NCBI GenBank assembly: GCA_951406725.2
Contig: OX597838.1
Coordinates: 13,454,001 to 13,518,000 of the forward strand
Direction of reading: 5' to 3'
DNA length: 64,000 nucleotides
DNA from: Octopus vulgaris
Taxonomy: Eukaryota
Part shown: in pieces, positions 25,001-36,242 of the stretch
Layout of the letters: the number at the start of each line of letters is the position of its first letter
How positions within the stretch are numbered: position 1 is the first letter of the stretch
The notes under the pieces: generated by a model
Seen by the model: the letters and a program-made list of their open reading frames with translations, nothing else
Databases searched by the model: none
Told to the model about the DNA's origin: nothing
Made by a program: the position numbers and the translations under genes

Positions 25001-28000
25001 TTTTTGTTTTATGTGGCAATTTTTCTCTTATGTTTTAATTTTCTAAAGTTTCTTTCTTTCTTTAAATTTTTCTTCATGCAGGCGGAGGTGGCAGTGGCAG
25101 TGGTTATGGAGGTAAGTTTTTGTAGCTTTTTTGAATAATTCCATTTACATAATTATTATTAACCCTTTAACATTTTAACTGTGGGGTGTATCTGGCCCAA
25201 ATTATCTACCTGTTGTACGTTCAAAAGTATTTGGATCATCAGTGCTAAGAAATTGGGCTGTTAATTCGAAGTGTAATGGGATACCTATAGTTGATTTTTA
25301 ACAATATTGGTGGTAAGTGTAAGAAGTTGACTTCACAATAATAGTCTCTGGTTTGATTTCTTTGGCACCTTGAGCAAAGGTCTTCCTACCATAGCTAAGA
25401 ACACACCAATACTTGGTGTAGAAAATGGAGTCTGCGGAACCTGTGCATGCATACACGGGCACACACACATAAACACTATACAAAGTATCACTATTATTTT
25501 TTACAATGCCAACTGTCTACAGAATTTATGAAATTTAAATGTATTGCTCTATAAGATATTGAATTTCTAATGTAATTTCATTGTAGATGGACCAATTATG
25601 GAAATGCCTGATACAGTGTTCGTTTGTGGACTAAATGAAGAGGTCACTGAAGATGCTCTAATTGAACATTTTGGAAGCATTGGTGTCATTAAGGTAAATT
25701 GAAGCATTAATTTATTTTGTATAAGGAAGATGGAGGAACCCTTTTGTCCAAGTCACTAAGTGTTGTGGTTCTGTAATTAGAAAAATTGTTCTCAGTATAC
25801 AAGATTATTAATTACTTCTACATAGATTGTTGCCCCCCCCCCTTTTTCCTAAAATTTAATGAAATTTGAGTTGCACAGTGTTTGTAAATTATTTTTGTGA
25901 ATTCCTTTCTTAAGACTGATAAGAAAACAAGCAAACCAAAGGTGTGGATCTACAAAGACAAGGCGACTGGTCGCGGAAAAGGCGAGGCTACTGTGACATA
26001 CGATGACCCTGAAAGCGCAAAGGCAGCTATCAATTGGTTTAATGGTAAGTTTAGTATTTCAATATACTGTACGTGAAGTTTCTGGAACATAAAAATTATT
26101 ATAAAGTTTTAAATGCGTGAAAGAAGTTACACTTTAAAGTGAATGATAGGAAGTCGAAAATATTTTTAGGATTCAATATGTCTAGGCATTGGTCATACTG
26201 GAGTTACACTCATTTAGATGTCCTGGTCTATTTGGTGGATTCTGATTTAAAATAGAAATTTTCGCCTTCTAAAGGTGTCATTATTAAGATCGGACACTTA
26301 TTTAAATGGCTTTATTCCCAAATGATGGTGTGTGATAGTTATCTCTTTCCCTGGTTTTGTTTTCAAATTCCAGAAATATTTAGTACTAAAATGAAATCTA
26401 GGTTTCATAAAATCGATAACATCCATTGAGAATGAATTTTGGTTGCTGTTAAATTGGGTTCAGTGTTCAGACCTAAATTTAGCTGTTGATGGGACTCACA
26501 AGTTTTAAAAATTCATATATTGGACTTTGTCTGTCTGTAGAAATCAATATTCTAATATTATTTAATTTGTCTTCAATTGTTAAAGATAAGTGTTTTTTTT
26601 ATGTTTGTCTAATCTGTTTTCTCACTAAATTTTTCAGAAAAAGATTTCCAGGGCAGAATAATTAAGGTTGAAATGGCCCAGAGAAAAGCTTGGTCTAGTG
26701 GCCGTGAAGGAAGAGGTTTGTTTTGTTTTTCTGTTCTCTGTTTTAGTAATGACAGAATGTTATCAAATGTATGGAGGAGATGAGAAAAATGGCTTGATTT
26801 AAAGTTGTGTATACCCTTGCTTTGATATTAGTGATGGTTCTAAATTAGCATCTGTTACATATGAGCGATGTTGATTGCTTTCAGTCCATTATAACTATGT
26901 CTGACAATAAGGAAATATTACCTTGGAAACCAACAAGAGTTGATGACCGGTATCTGGTTATAGAAAAATTGCTTCAAAAACTTTCGTCTGATCTGTGGAA
27001 ATGTGGACATGGACTGTTTGATCTTTAAAATTGAAGTTCTAATTGTCCCACTTGACTAATACAGTTGTCTGTTAATATTAAATACATTAAGAAGTAATTT
27101 TAACTGTTTCATTGGAACTTTGCTTTAAGAAATCCTTATTTAAAAGAAATATATAAGTTATTGTTTGTGAATTTAGTAATATCAAATGAGGTGCAAGTCT
27201 TTGGAAGACACATAGGTACATAGTAACTTAAGATTTCTGTGATCATTTGATCTTTATGTACACACACACACATACCATACATATCCAAGATTGTTGGTCT
27301 ATACATGTGTAGACTGATCTTGAGTTCTTCTGCCCTTGCTAGAAATAGCAACTGAATACCTTCAAATCATTTTACTGTCTTACATAATGAATGACCATGT
27401 TGAGCAATATAATCTTGTGTACCTGTTAATTACTAGATGGTCAATTCTAGAACACCTCAATCGTGTCCAAGAAAGCTGAACCAACGATGCAGCTACAAAT
27501 ATCATACTTCCCTTCTAAGACTGCAATATAGTCTTTTCTACTGTAGGCACAAGATCCGAAATTTTGGGAGGGGGCCAGTCAATTGCATTGACCCCACTAC
27601 GCAACTGGTACTTAATTTGTTGACCTCGAGAAGGATGTAAGGTAGTTGACTTCGGCAGAACTTGAACTCAATGTAAAGACAGACAAAATAGCCTGGCGTG
27701 CTGACATTTCTACCAGCTTGCTGCTGTGTTTTTTAATACTTAACCTCTGTTTGCTGTTGGTAACGGAGATTCACAGCAAATATTTCTTAATATACTTGCT
27801 GGTGACATGTAAAAGGCATCCAGCACTCTATGGAGTGACTGGCATCCAGCTGTAGAAAACACTCCAAAATAGACTGGAGCCTGGTGCAGTTCTCCTGCTT
27901 GCCAGTTCCATTTAGATTTGTACATCTAAGTTGTCTGATTCTGACATTTCTCATAAATATGTCTAATAAATGTTCTTTGTATTTTTTAAGGTGGCAGAGG

Positions 28001-31000
28001 TGGAGGCCGTGGTGGCGGCGGTGGTAGAGGTAAGTTCGATTCACTTTGTTCACTTAATTCTTCTTGGTTTGAAAGCTTTATTCATAGACTTGTTACATCT
28101 CTACTGATCACATCAAGTTTGGGACACTCTTCCTGCAGAATTCTATTTTTGATAATCCTAATTGTATAATTTAGTATGTTAATAAGAATGCAGGGTTTTT
28201 TTTGGGGGGGGGGTAATTTTGTCTGCTCCATTCCAACACCTGTGGTACCACCTTCAAGGGATGAGTCAAATTCCGGTACTTTTTATTTTTAAGTCTCGTA
28301 CTTATTGTGTTGGTCTCCAACTACTATGGTACGGGGAAGTAAACGAACCAGCACCCACTGTCATTGTATATTCGCCCATATATGAAAGGCTTCCATATAG
28401 TTTTTGTCCATCAAATTCATTCACAAACCATGGTTGGCTTCAAGCTATAGTAGACACCGAATCCAATCTGCTGTACAGTGAGACTGAACCCAAAACCACA
28501 TTGTGGTGGTTGAGCAAACTTAGCACGGAGCCAATTCTGTGCTAATGGTTAACACCAACTTTGTGGTAACTGGTACGACACACTGATCTGGTTGGCGTAG
28601 AAGGTTGTCCTTTTAGCATTCCGGTTACTTTAAGTTAATATTTGTTCACATTGTTTCAAGATGTTGATGATGTGATTGATTAATTTTAGGACATTGTTGA
28701 GTAGGTTTGGAGGTCAGATCTGGTTCATTTGAACATAAAAACTAGTAGGCAATTGAGCCTGATGACTGGTTTAAATGCTAATGGGTTGGGTCAATGGTGG
28801 ATCGGTTTTCATTGAAGATGGAGTAGTCAGCAATGTAAATAAATCATTATTGCACTTGTCTTTAGTTTATGTGTTTCTTCTTGACGTAGACAAGTCTTGC
28901 ATTTACTGTAATGTTTTCATTAACTTTGTAGGTGGCTTTGGCGGCGGCGGAGGTGGTGGTGGTGGCATGGGAGGTGACCGAGGAGGTGGTGGCGGCGGCG
29001 GAGGACGCCAAGGAGATTGGACTTGTCCTAATCCGTAAGTTTGTTACCTTTACGTTGGTGAAATCTTGATGTTTTTCTTTTGTTTTGGCTTGATGCAGTA
29101 AATTAGTTCATTTCTAAGTCAGATTTGACATTTACCTGTAATCATATAGATGTAAAGTATTTCAATACACAGTATAGGTAACAGTGAAAATTAATACAAA
29201 TTTTGACATGTTTAATCGTTTCATTTTATTCAAATTTTTAATGAGTGGTAACAACTTGGAGTAAGAAACATTTTGTTCTTGCTATTTTACCCTCTCCATC
29301 AAACTGATTCTACCAAGTATACCTCCCCTTATGATGTAATGCCTAATCCTAAATCCTCCCCGTCTTGCAAGATTTGCTTACTGTCTGGAGTCCTTAGGAG
29401 CCACCTGAACTCCTTTTGTACCAGGACTCTTTGCAGAAACTGAGATGTCTTGTTAATTGTATGATTTAGGAGTGTCAGCTTTACATTGCTTGATTTCCTG
29501 CATATCATGTTCTCTTCTCTGGGGGATCTGGCTAGTGTGACAGCTCATGTTGATTGGCTAATGTAGATGAGGAAGTATGTCATTGAGTTGGGAACTGACA
29601 GGGACCCTGCTCAGGGGTTTGCCTGAAACAGCCTGAGCAGAATTTGACGAATAGTAGGTGCAGTGATGCATACCCTCGTACTTGACCCCACTGTCAAGCA
29701 TGTGTTTGTTCCTGGTATTAAAGCAACATTGATGCTATATTAACAGCCTTTGTACATGCCAATACATGTCTTCTGTATTTTCTGTTCTTGTTCATCCAGA
29801 GCCTGCGGTAATAACAACTTTGGCTGGAGAAATGCTTGCAACTTATGTAATGCTCCCAAGGAAGGAATGGGCTCTGGCCCTGGTGGTCCTCCTGGTGGAC
29901 CTGGTAAGTTGATACAGTTTCTATAGTGTGTATAGGGATGTGTGTGTGAAATAGAAGGAATGAAGGTAGACTAGCATTAATAAAGTTTCTATACATCTGT
30001 TTTGTGTGTGGCCCAGTGGTTAGATGGTTGCATTTGTGATCGCATGTTGTGGCTTTGATTCCTGGATTGATTGGATGAGTTCACTCAACTGTAAATGACT
30101 AAAGCCTGAAATAGAATGGTGTGTCCTGTTCAATGGGTGTGTTGGGATCCAGGTCACCTGTTATGGAAAACTGGTAACCAGCTCTGATTCCCCCAACAGG
30201 TATTGATGGTAGATGGGCGTATGGTGTAGTGGTTTAGAGTGCTGGCTACTAACCCCAAGATTCCGAGTTCGATTCCAAGCAGTGACCTGAGAATAATAAT
30301 AGTAATAACATCGAAAAATACCTTGAAATTTCCCCAAGATACCTGATGAAGGCTGGATGGTATATCGGCTGAAACGTGTTATCAACAAACAAGATGACAA
30401 ATATCCGTCAAATGTAAATAATATAAGATGTTTGTAGAGATGGCTTTTTTTCATTCTATTTGTGTGTGTGTGTATTAAGTTTTGTCGACAAAAATTTTAT
30501 ACTGGCAAGGTAAATATTTTAAAACATCTCAAAAGTCATGATCGTGATATCTTACTCTTTGTTATCAGTGAGTTTTGGATATTTTTTAATCTGTCTGATA
30601 CACAAGATTACTCCTTTTAGAGTTCACTCCATTTTGTGAAAAATTTTATATTTAAATTTTGAATCTAAGTCATGTATAACAGAAACAATTCTTGGATCTC
30701 TGACTAACTAGTTTAAATAGGGATCTGTAAATAGTGGTCTTGTGCTTTCTCTCCCTTCTCAAGCACTTTAAGGTAACATCCCTTGTCATAAACAGGTGGC
30801 ACTACCACTTCAAGAGTTGTGTTGGGACTTTGGTTGCAATACATCTACCTCAGCTTGCTAGCTGTCTAATATGGGCTTTTATTTTGTATTTCAGGTGGTT
30901 TCCGAGGTCGTGGTGGCCCTCGTGGAGGTATGGGTGACAGAGGTGGCCGAGGAGGCATGGGTGGCGGCGGCGGAGGTCGCGGTGGTGGAGGAGGTGGCGG

Positions 31001-33427
31001 CATGGGCGACAGAGGTATCCGTGGTGGAATGGGCGACAGAGGAGTGAGAGGCGGCATGGGTGGTGACCGTGGTGGAAGAGGTGGCTACAGAGTTGGCCCA
31101 CGTGGCGGCGGCGGTGGCATGGGAGGCGATCGCGGCGGACCAAGAGGAGGTGGCGGTGGCATGGGTGGTGACCGCGGAGGTGGCGGTGGTGGTGGAGGTC
31201 CTGGTGACAGAGGCGGACGTGGTGGATTTGGAAAAGACAGAGGCCGGTAAGTTGTTTTCTTCTTTTCTTTTCTTTGTTATTAAGGAAGCAAGCTCACAAG
31301 TCATTAAAGCACCAGACATAATGCTTGGTGGAAAGTTTGACATCGCCTTTCATATTCTTGTGGGGATCAATAAAATAACTACCTGCTTCTAGCTCTCTCC
31401 CTAGAAATTTCCAAGCTTGTGTCTATATCGGGAAAGATTATTATTAGTGTTTGTAGGTTTTGTTATTTCTAGACTTCAACCACCACATAATTCATCAGTC
31501 AGTTTGTGTGGGTTTTAGTTTCATCTTATTACTCTAGTTGTAAGGTGGTGAGCTGGCAGGACCTTTAGCTCATTGGGCAAAACGCTTATGTTCTGAGCTG
31601 AAGTTCTTGTGTGGTTGACATGGCATTTTGCCCAGCTGACATTTCTTCTGTTTACGAAGGCAGCGAGCTGGCAGAATCGTTAGCACACAGGGCAAAATGC
31701 TTAGCAGTATTTCGTCTGCCGCTATGTTCTGAGTTCAAATTCCGCCGAGGTCAGCTTTGCCTTTCATCCTTTCAGGGTCAATTAAGTAAGTACCAGTTAC
31801 ACACTGGGGTCGATATAATCAACTTAATCCGTTTGTTTGTCCTCTCTGTGTTTAGCCCCTTGTGGGTAGTAAAGAAATAGATATTTCTTTTGTCCTTCCG
31901 GTCAGTTCAAATTCTGCTGAGGTTGACTATTCCTTTTGTTCAATTTGGGGTCAAATTGAACAAATGCCAGTCAAGTACTGAAGTCTGTGCAATCTACTTC
32001 CCCTACAAAGGAAAAGAACTTGAAAATTTTCAAGCCTTGTTACTATTATATTGGTTCCACTAGTCTTCTGTTGTAGGATTTCTTTCTTAAATTTTGATGT
32101 ACTCACAACTTAGCTTCACTGCTGTCATATAATAATCTCAGATGACAGGCAATAAAAGGCATTTAATTGGAGTTTGTCAAATCAACTTGGATTTGAGAGC
32201 AGCTTTAGTTACTCTTTTACTTGTTTCAGTCATTTGACTGCGGCCATGCTGGAGCACCACCTTTAATCGGGCAACTCGACACCGGGACTTATTCTTTTGT
32301 AAGCCCAGTACTTATTCTATCGGTCTCTTTTGCCGAACCGCTAAGTAACGGGGACATAAACACGCCAGCATCGGTTGTCAAGCAATGCTAGGGGGACAAA
32401 CACAGCCATACAAACACACACACGCATATATATACATATATACGACGGGCTTCTTTCAGTTTCCGTCTACCAAATCCACTCAGAAGGCTTTGGTCGGCCC
32501 GAGGCTATAGTAGAAGACACTTGCCCAAGGTGCCATGCAGTGGGACTGAACCCGGAACCATGTGGTTGGTAAACAAGCTACTTACCACACAGCCACTCCT
32601 GCGCCTGTTCTTTTTTTTTTTTCTTTCTGTCTAGGCCGTGTACATCTAGGACAGTGTTACGCACTGTACCTACTGCCCTCCCACCAAAAGACAGTAGGGT
32701 TTCAAATATCAGATTTTATTAGTCATTGTTTAACCCTTTAGTGTTCACATTCTTCTGCCAAAATTAATGCTTTTTTATCCACATTGTTTTGAACTAATCA
32801 TGCATTATCTTGTAGTTATGAGGTTTTGATGAGGTAGCTGTTAATTTTTAAGATGATATTGTAGGGTTGGTGTGAGAGACCAGATCTGGTCAGTTTGAAC
32901 ATAAAACAGGTAGAATATTTTTGGCCGGATATGGCCGGTTTAAATGCTAAAGGGTTAATGTCCGTTTTCCATGCTGGCTTGGGTTGGACAGTTTGACTGG
33001 GGGCTGGCAAGCCATAGGCTGCTGCAGGCTCCAGTCTGACCTGGCAAAGTTTTTCCAGTTGGATGCCCTCCCTAACGCCAGTCATTCTGAGAGTGTAGTG
33101 GGTGCATTTGACATTCCACTGGCACAGGAGCCAGTCAGGCAGCACTGGCATTGGCCATATCTACAATTCCCATTGATTTTGATTTTACTTGACTCTGTAG
33201 GTCTTTAGTGCGGCATGTCACCTGGCAATTCAAAGGTACTTAAATGGGCTGCTTATGTGACCTTGGTGTAGGCTACAGTTGTGATCTCACTTTACTTATT
33301 GTGTCGAATTAGCTAACCCATACCAGCATGAAAAACATAGATGATAATACTGATAATTTCTTTTCTTTGTATTTTTTTCAGACCCCAAGACAGCAGATCT
33401 GAGAGACGACCAAGGCCATATCCTTAG
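10610..33427 (+). CDS. FUS: FET-family RNA-binding protein (FUS/EWSR1/TAF15/cabeza-like), 17 coding exons, 1824 nt, about 607 aa
   Basis: join(10610..10622,15384..15420,15519..15594,15956..16097,16687..16785,18509..18829,19364..19472,23417..23454,25082..25111,25587..25693,25915..26044,26638..26715,27991..28029,28932..29034,29800..29903,30895..31246,33382..33427). All introns are GT-AG and phases are consistent. Protein: MAEPQYNYSG... QGSY-rich N-terminus; RRM (DTVFVCGL...[47 protein letters not shown]); RanBP2 ZnF ([28 protein letters not shown]); RGG boxes; C-terminus [10 protein letters not shown]. The symbol is a family label: an invertebrate FET gene is expected to be co-orthologous to FUS/EWSR1/TAF15. 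Confidence 0.95.
11553..11603 (+). ncRNA. Type I hammerhead-like motif in FET intron 1 (sense)
   Basis: agcttc-CTGAAGA-tttca tc tgaat-GAAA-cag tgctagtc ctg-TA-gaagct: 6-bp stem I, paired stem III. Confidence 0.6.
11714..11954. repeat. Near-perfect palindrome of about 240 bp centred on (TA)n
   Basis: acaattaaatatctg...ccttccaa (TA)n ttggaagg...cagatatttaattgt. Confidence 0.92.
15384..15420 (+). CDS. FET exon 2 (37 nt; [13 protein letters not shown])
   Basis: ttttcag|AATATAATTAT...GCTGG|gtaagt; in phase with exon 1. Confidence 0.85.
15519..15594 (+). CDS. FET exon 3 ([25 protein letters not shown])
   Basis: ccttcacag|CTAC...CAACAG|gtgagt. Confidence 0.9.
15956..16097 (+). CDS. FET exon 4 ([10 protein letters not shown]...TVYSQS)
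   Basis: ttcttcag|GGATAT...CAGTCAG|gttagt; SYGQ-type low complexity. Confidence 0.9.
16687..16785 (+). CDS. FET exon 5 ([17 protein letters not shown]...SYSQQ)
   Basis: ctctttcag|GCCAG...CAGCAAG|gtaacc. Confidence 0.9.
18509..18829 (+). CDS. FET exon 6 (QGSY/P-rich low-complexity domain)
   Basis: ctgacag|GTTATGGTCAG...AATTATGGCG|gtaagt; matches ORF 18490..18876. Confidence 0.92.
19364..19472 (+). CDS. FET exon 7 ([24 protein letters not shown]...; RGG1)
   Basis: ttttcag|ACAATCGC...GGCTATGG|gtgagc. Confidence 0.9.
23417..23454 (+). CDS. FET exon 8 (38 nt; [13 protein letters not shown]), counterpart of human FUS exon 7
   Basis: tatttcag|CGGTGGCAGAGGAGGCTTCAACAAAAGTTATGGTGGTG|gtaagt; RGGFNK motif. 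Confidence 0.92.
25082..25111 (+). CDS. FET exon 9 (30-nt microexon, [10 protein letters not shown])
   Basis: long polypyrimidine tract, catgcag|GCGGAGG...TATGGAG|gtaagt. Confidence 0.85.
25587..25693 (+). CDS. FET exon 10 (RRM N-half, [28 protein letters not shown])
   Basis: ttgtag|ATGGAC...ATTAAG|gtaaat; RNP2 motif. Confidence 0.95.
25915..26044 (+). CDS. FET exon 11 (RRM KK-loop and RNP1; 130 nt)
   Basis: ttcttaag|ACTGATAAG...TTTAATG|gtaagt; [10 protein letters not shown] motif diagnostic of the FET RRM. Confidence 0.96.
26638..26715 (+). CDS. FET exon 12 ([26 protein letters not shown])
   Basis: tttttcag|AAAAAG...GGAAGAG|gtttgt; RRM beta4. Confidence 0.93.
27991..28029 (+). CDS. FET exon 13 (39 nt, RGG)
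   Basis: ttttttaag|GTGGCAGAGG...GGTAGAG|gtaagt. Confidence 0.88.
28932..29034 (+). CDS. FET exon 14 (RGG2 plus start of ZnF, GDWTCPNP)
   Basis: ctttgtag|GTGGCTTT...CCTAATCC|gtaagt. Confidence 0.95.
29800..29903 (+). CDS. FET exon 15 (RanBP2 Zn[21 protein letters not shown])
   Basis: ttcatccag|AGCCTGC...GGACCTG|gtaagt. Confidence 0.95.
30215..30425 (+). mobile_element. tRNA-headed SINE-like element carrying a degenerate hammerhead-like core
   Basis: A box TGGTGTAGTGG (30222), B box GAGTTCGATTCC (30265), then CTGATGA (30343)...GAAA (30371). Confidence 0.6.
30895..31246 (+). CDS. FET exon 16 (RGG3; GGMGDRG repeats)
   Basis: gtatttcag|GTGGTTTC...GAGGCCG|gtaagt; matches ORF 30930..31250. Confidence 0.94.
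31659..31885 (+). mobile_element. SINE with Meta-domain-like core (gcctttcatcctttcggggtcgataaa); many copies
   Basis: copies at about 38140..38445, 42148..42622 (-), 44385..44795 (-), 48178..48408, 48760..48995, 59480..59630 (-). Confidence 0.8.
32210..32606 (-). mobile_element. SINE with internal (CA)/(TA) microsatellite (head ggcgcaggagtggctgtgtggtaag...)
   Basis: copies at about 1490..1700, 3430..3567, 36905..37180, 40904..41320 (+), 56990..57535. Confidence 0.85.
32734..32954. mobile_element. piggyBac-type MITE
   Basis: TTAA|CCCTTTAG...CTAAAGGG|TTAA; decayed relatives near 52600..52955 and 59634..59865. Confidence 0.75.
33382..33427 (+). CDS. FET exon 17 ([20 protein letters not shown])
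   Basis: atttttttcag|ACCCCAAG...CCATATCCTTAG; R-x-R-P-Y motif. Confidence 0.92.
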
Positions 33428-33544
33428 AATTCTTTCTACTTTCTCATCCCATCAGATGTAAAAGAGAATACCAATTCCTCATTTTAAATCATTTTAACTT
33501 TTTCTCTCTCTCACATTGTCTTCTCTCAGTATAATAATGTCTTC

Positions 33545-33550
33545 AATAAA
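33545..33550 (+). promoter_or_regulatory. Polyadenylation signal of the FET gene
   Basis: AATAAA about 120 nt after the stop codon, followed by T/GT-rich sequence. Confidence 0.6.
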
Positions 33551-35239
33551 GTTTTAAAATATCTTCAACTTATTATTTGTAGTCTTAGCATGTTGTTTTT
33601 AGTGTTCTGTTATTTATTTACTTTGTAAGGCATGTTACATAATCTGGTTTTCTCCTTGCCTCATTCTAAATTGAAAACCTGTTTACACCTTGGAAAAAAA
33701 TGTGCCTGCAACTACAGTGGAGAAAACTCGGGGGCGACAAAGCACAGAAGAGGTTACTGGTCCTATATTTTCATTTACCCAAAACCAGGAACTTTTCAGC
33801 ACCCCCTCGTATATTTGGCCTTTTTGCTACCAACCTGTCTGAGAGCGCTTCCTGCTTTGAAGTGATCTAAATTAGAACCTTCAATCCAAATTTGATGTCA
33901 ATTTATGCTCCAAACTAATTAATTTTACTAAGTTTCTCATTTTCAAAGTTGAAATAACTTGTATTTCAACAAATACAACAAAGATTAAGGCTAACATTTA
34001 ACTTTTTCACAACCATTTCTATGCCCTCTCCAATTCAGTTGTTAGTCAAATTCATTGATGTTTAAGTCCATTGAATAAGGATCAATACATTTTTAATAGA
34101 AAAATTGGGTTAAAAAAAGGAAAAGATAGCAAATTTTCTGTTTTAATTACATTTGATATGAGAAGAATGTAATACTGAAAACATTCTTCAAAAGTCTTAC
34201 AGAATAAAAACAAGTGATCAGTGTGATCACTGTCTCTGCACCCGTGTTGGATCGTAGTCTTGAAGAGACTTTTTCTAGTCAAACGAATCGGCCCTAGTAC
34301 TAAACTAGTTATTTATACTGTTGGTCTATGGTGAACTGCAAAGTTACAGGGGTGTAAACAAACCAACAAGCATTGGTGGGAGAGACATACATTTAGTTGG
34401 GACTGAACCTGGAACCATGTGGTTAGGATGCAAACATTACTACACGTCCATTCCCGTGCCTACGTTTAAGCACACATGTATGAATTACACTGGTGTCCAA
34501 TGTAGTGATGGTCTGTAAAAAGCATTTAGTGTAACCTGTCCAAGAGAATGATTTAGGCATTGGGCTCACAACTGTGCGGTAGTGGGTTTGATTCCTGGAT
34601 CAGGCTGTGTTTTGTGTTCTTGAGCAAGACACTTTATTTCATGTTGCTTCCAGTTCACTCAACATGAAATGAGTTGCATCGTCACTGGTGCCGAGCTGCG
34701 TCAGCCTTTGCCTTTCCCTTGGATAAGGGTAGAGCGGAAGGACTGGTATGCATGGGCGACTGCTGTTCTCTTCAGCGCAAATGAGACGAGGCCTGCCACG
34801 ACGAAGAGGGAAGAACATCAACATGCTATGACCACAAAGGGCAATGGGGGAAATTCATACGAGAAATGTTATTGTGAAAGTATATTAGGGACGAGATAAT
34901 CCAGTAAGGGAGCAGGGCGATTGCTGTGATAAAAAGGATACCTAACGAGAAGAAATTCCCCAGGATGAGACACGGTGAAGTTTACAGACAACAGGTAGAC
35001 CCGTGCAGTGGCCAAGTGATAGACAGCCTAGAGATGGGAAAAGGCCACTTGGAAGACCCCCCACAACGCTGGAAAGATGATTTAGTTAAGTTGGGATGAA
35101 AAAAAAAGGGGCTGGAGGTGGAAATGTGCAATGACGAAACAACTGGAAGCGCATCGAGAATAACAATGTATACCAACATCGGAGAGGCTGGGTGACGTAT
35201 TGATGTATAGTTTTATACACACGCACACACAAATCTATA

Positions 35240-35745
35240 TCTATATATATAAAACTCTAGTTGTGTGAGTGTCTGTCCCCTTCGATTTAGATTCCTAACT
35301 CCTCCCACATTTTGCGGTGCAGTTTAACCAAATTCGGGTATCTTATAGTCGTGATTCATATCGAGCCCGTCTGACTATTAGCGCGCGTCAACGATGAGTC
35401 TACGATTTTAAAAATAATTTAACATCATTTTTTATTCCATTTTAATGCATAAAATGCATCGTGTGTCGATGGCGGCGGAGTTGGCGTCCATGCTCACAGC
35501 TGCACCTGTTTGCTTCTCCCCCTTCCCTCCCTCGTGAAGCTGTGGGGAAGGGAGTGTAAAGAAATCAACGTCGTAATGCGTTGTGAAGGAAACCAGCGTT
35601 CTTTTAGAACAACGACTTCATGGCTTGAAGACACCAAAACAAAAATGGCTAAGAAAGCCCGAATTTATAAGGGAAGTAACTCTCTAAAAATGCTTATGTA
35701 GTTATTTCCCTTACAAACCCGAGCAACGCCGGGCGATACTGCTAG
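35240..35745 (+). mobile_element. Non-autonomous Helitron, copy 1
   Basis: 5' TC(TA)n start; 3' hairpin CCCGAGCAACGCCGGG followed by CTAG|T. Confidence 0.8.
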
Positions 35746-36242
35746 TATATATATAAAACTGTAGTTGTGTGAGTGTCTGTCCCCTTCGATTTAGATTCCT
35801 AACTACTCCCACATTTTGCGGTGCAGTTTAACCAAATTCGGGTATCTTATAGTCGTGAGTAATATCGAGCCCGTCTGGCTATTAGCGCGCGTCTACGATT
35901 TTAAAAATAATTTAACATTTTTTATTCCATTTTAATGCATAATTTTTCGTGTGTCGATGGCAGCGGAGTTGGCGTCCACGCTCACAGCTGCACCTGTTTG
36001 CTTCTCCCCCTTCTTCCCTACCTCGTGAAGCTGTGGGGAAGAGAGTGTAAGGAAATCAACGTCATAAAGCGTTGTCAAGGAGACCAGCGTTCTTTTAGAA
36101 CAACGACTTCATGGCTTGAAGACACCAAAACAGAAATGGCTAAGAAAGCCCGGATTGGCATCTATAAGGGAAGTAACTCTCTAAAAATGCTTATATAGTT
36201 ATTTCCCTTACAAACCCGAGCAACGCCGGGCGATACTGCTAG
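35746..36242 (+). mobile_element. Non-autonomous Helitron, copy 2 (head-to-tail)
   Basis: near-identical to copy 1, same 3' hairpin plus CTAG. Confidence 0.8.

Noticed and set aside
30215-30290. Possible tRNA genes (also SINE heads near 5040..5110, 6030..6090, 41855..41925)
   Set aside because: A and B boxes are present but there is no complete cloverleaf or acceptor stem, and they run on into repeat bodies
30850-31392. Alternative-frame and antisense ORFs over the RGG exon (also at 18497..18841)
   Set aside because: Shadow ORFs expected from GGN-rich low-complexity codons; no independent evidence
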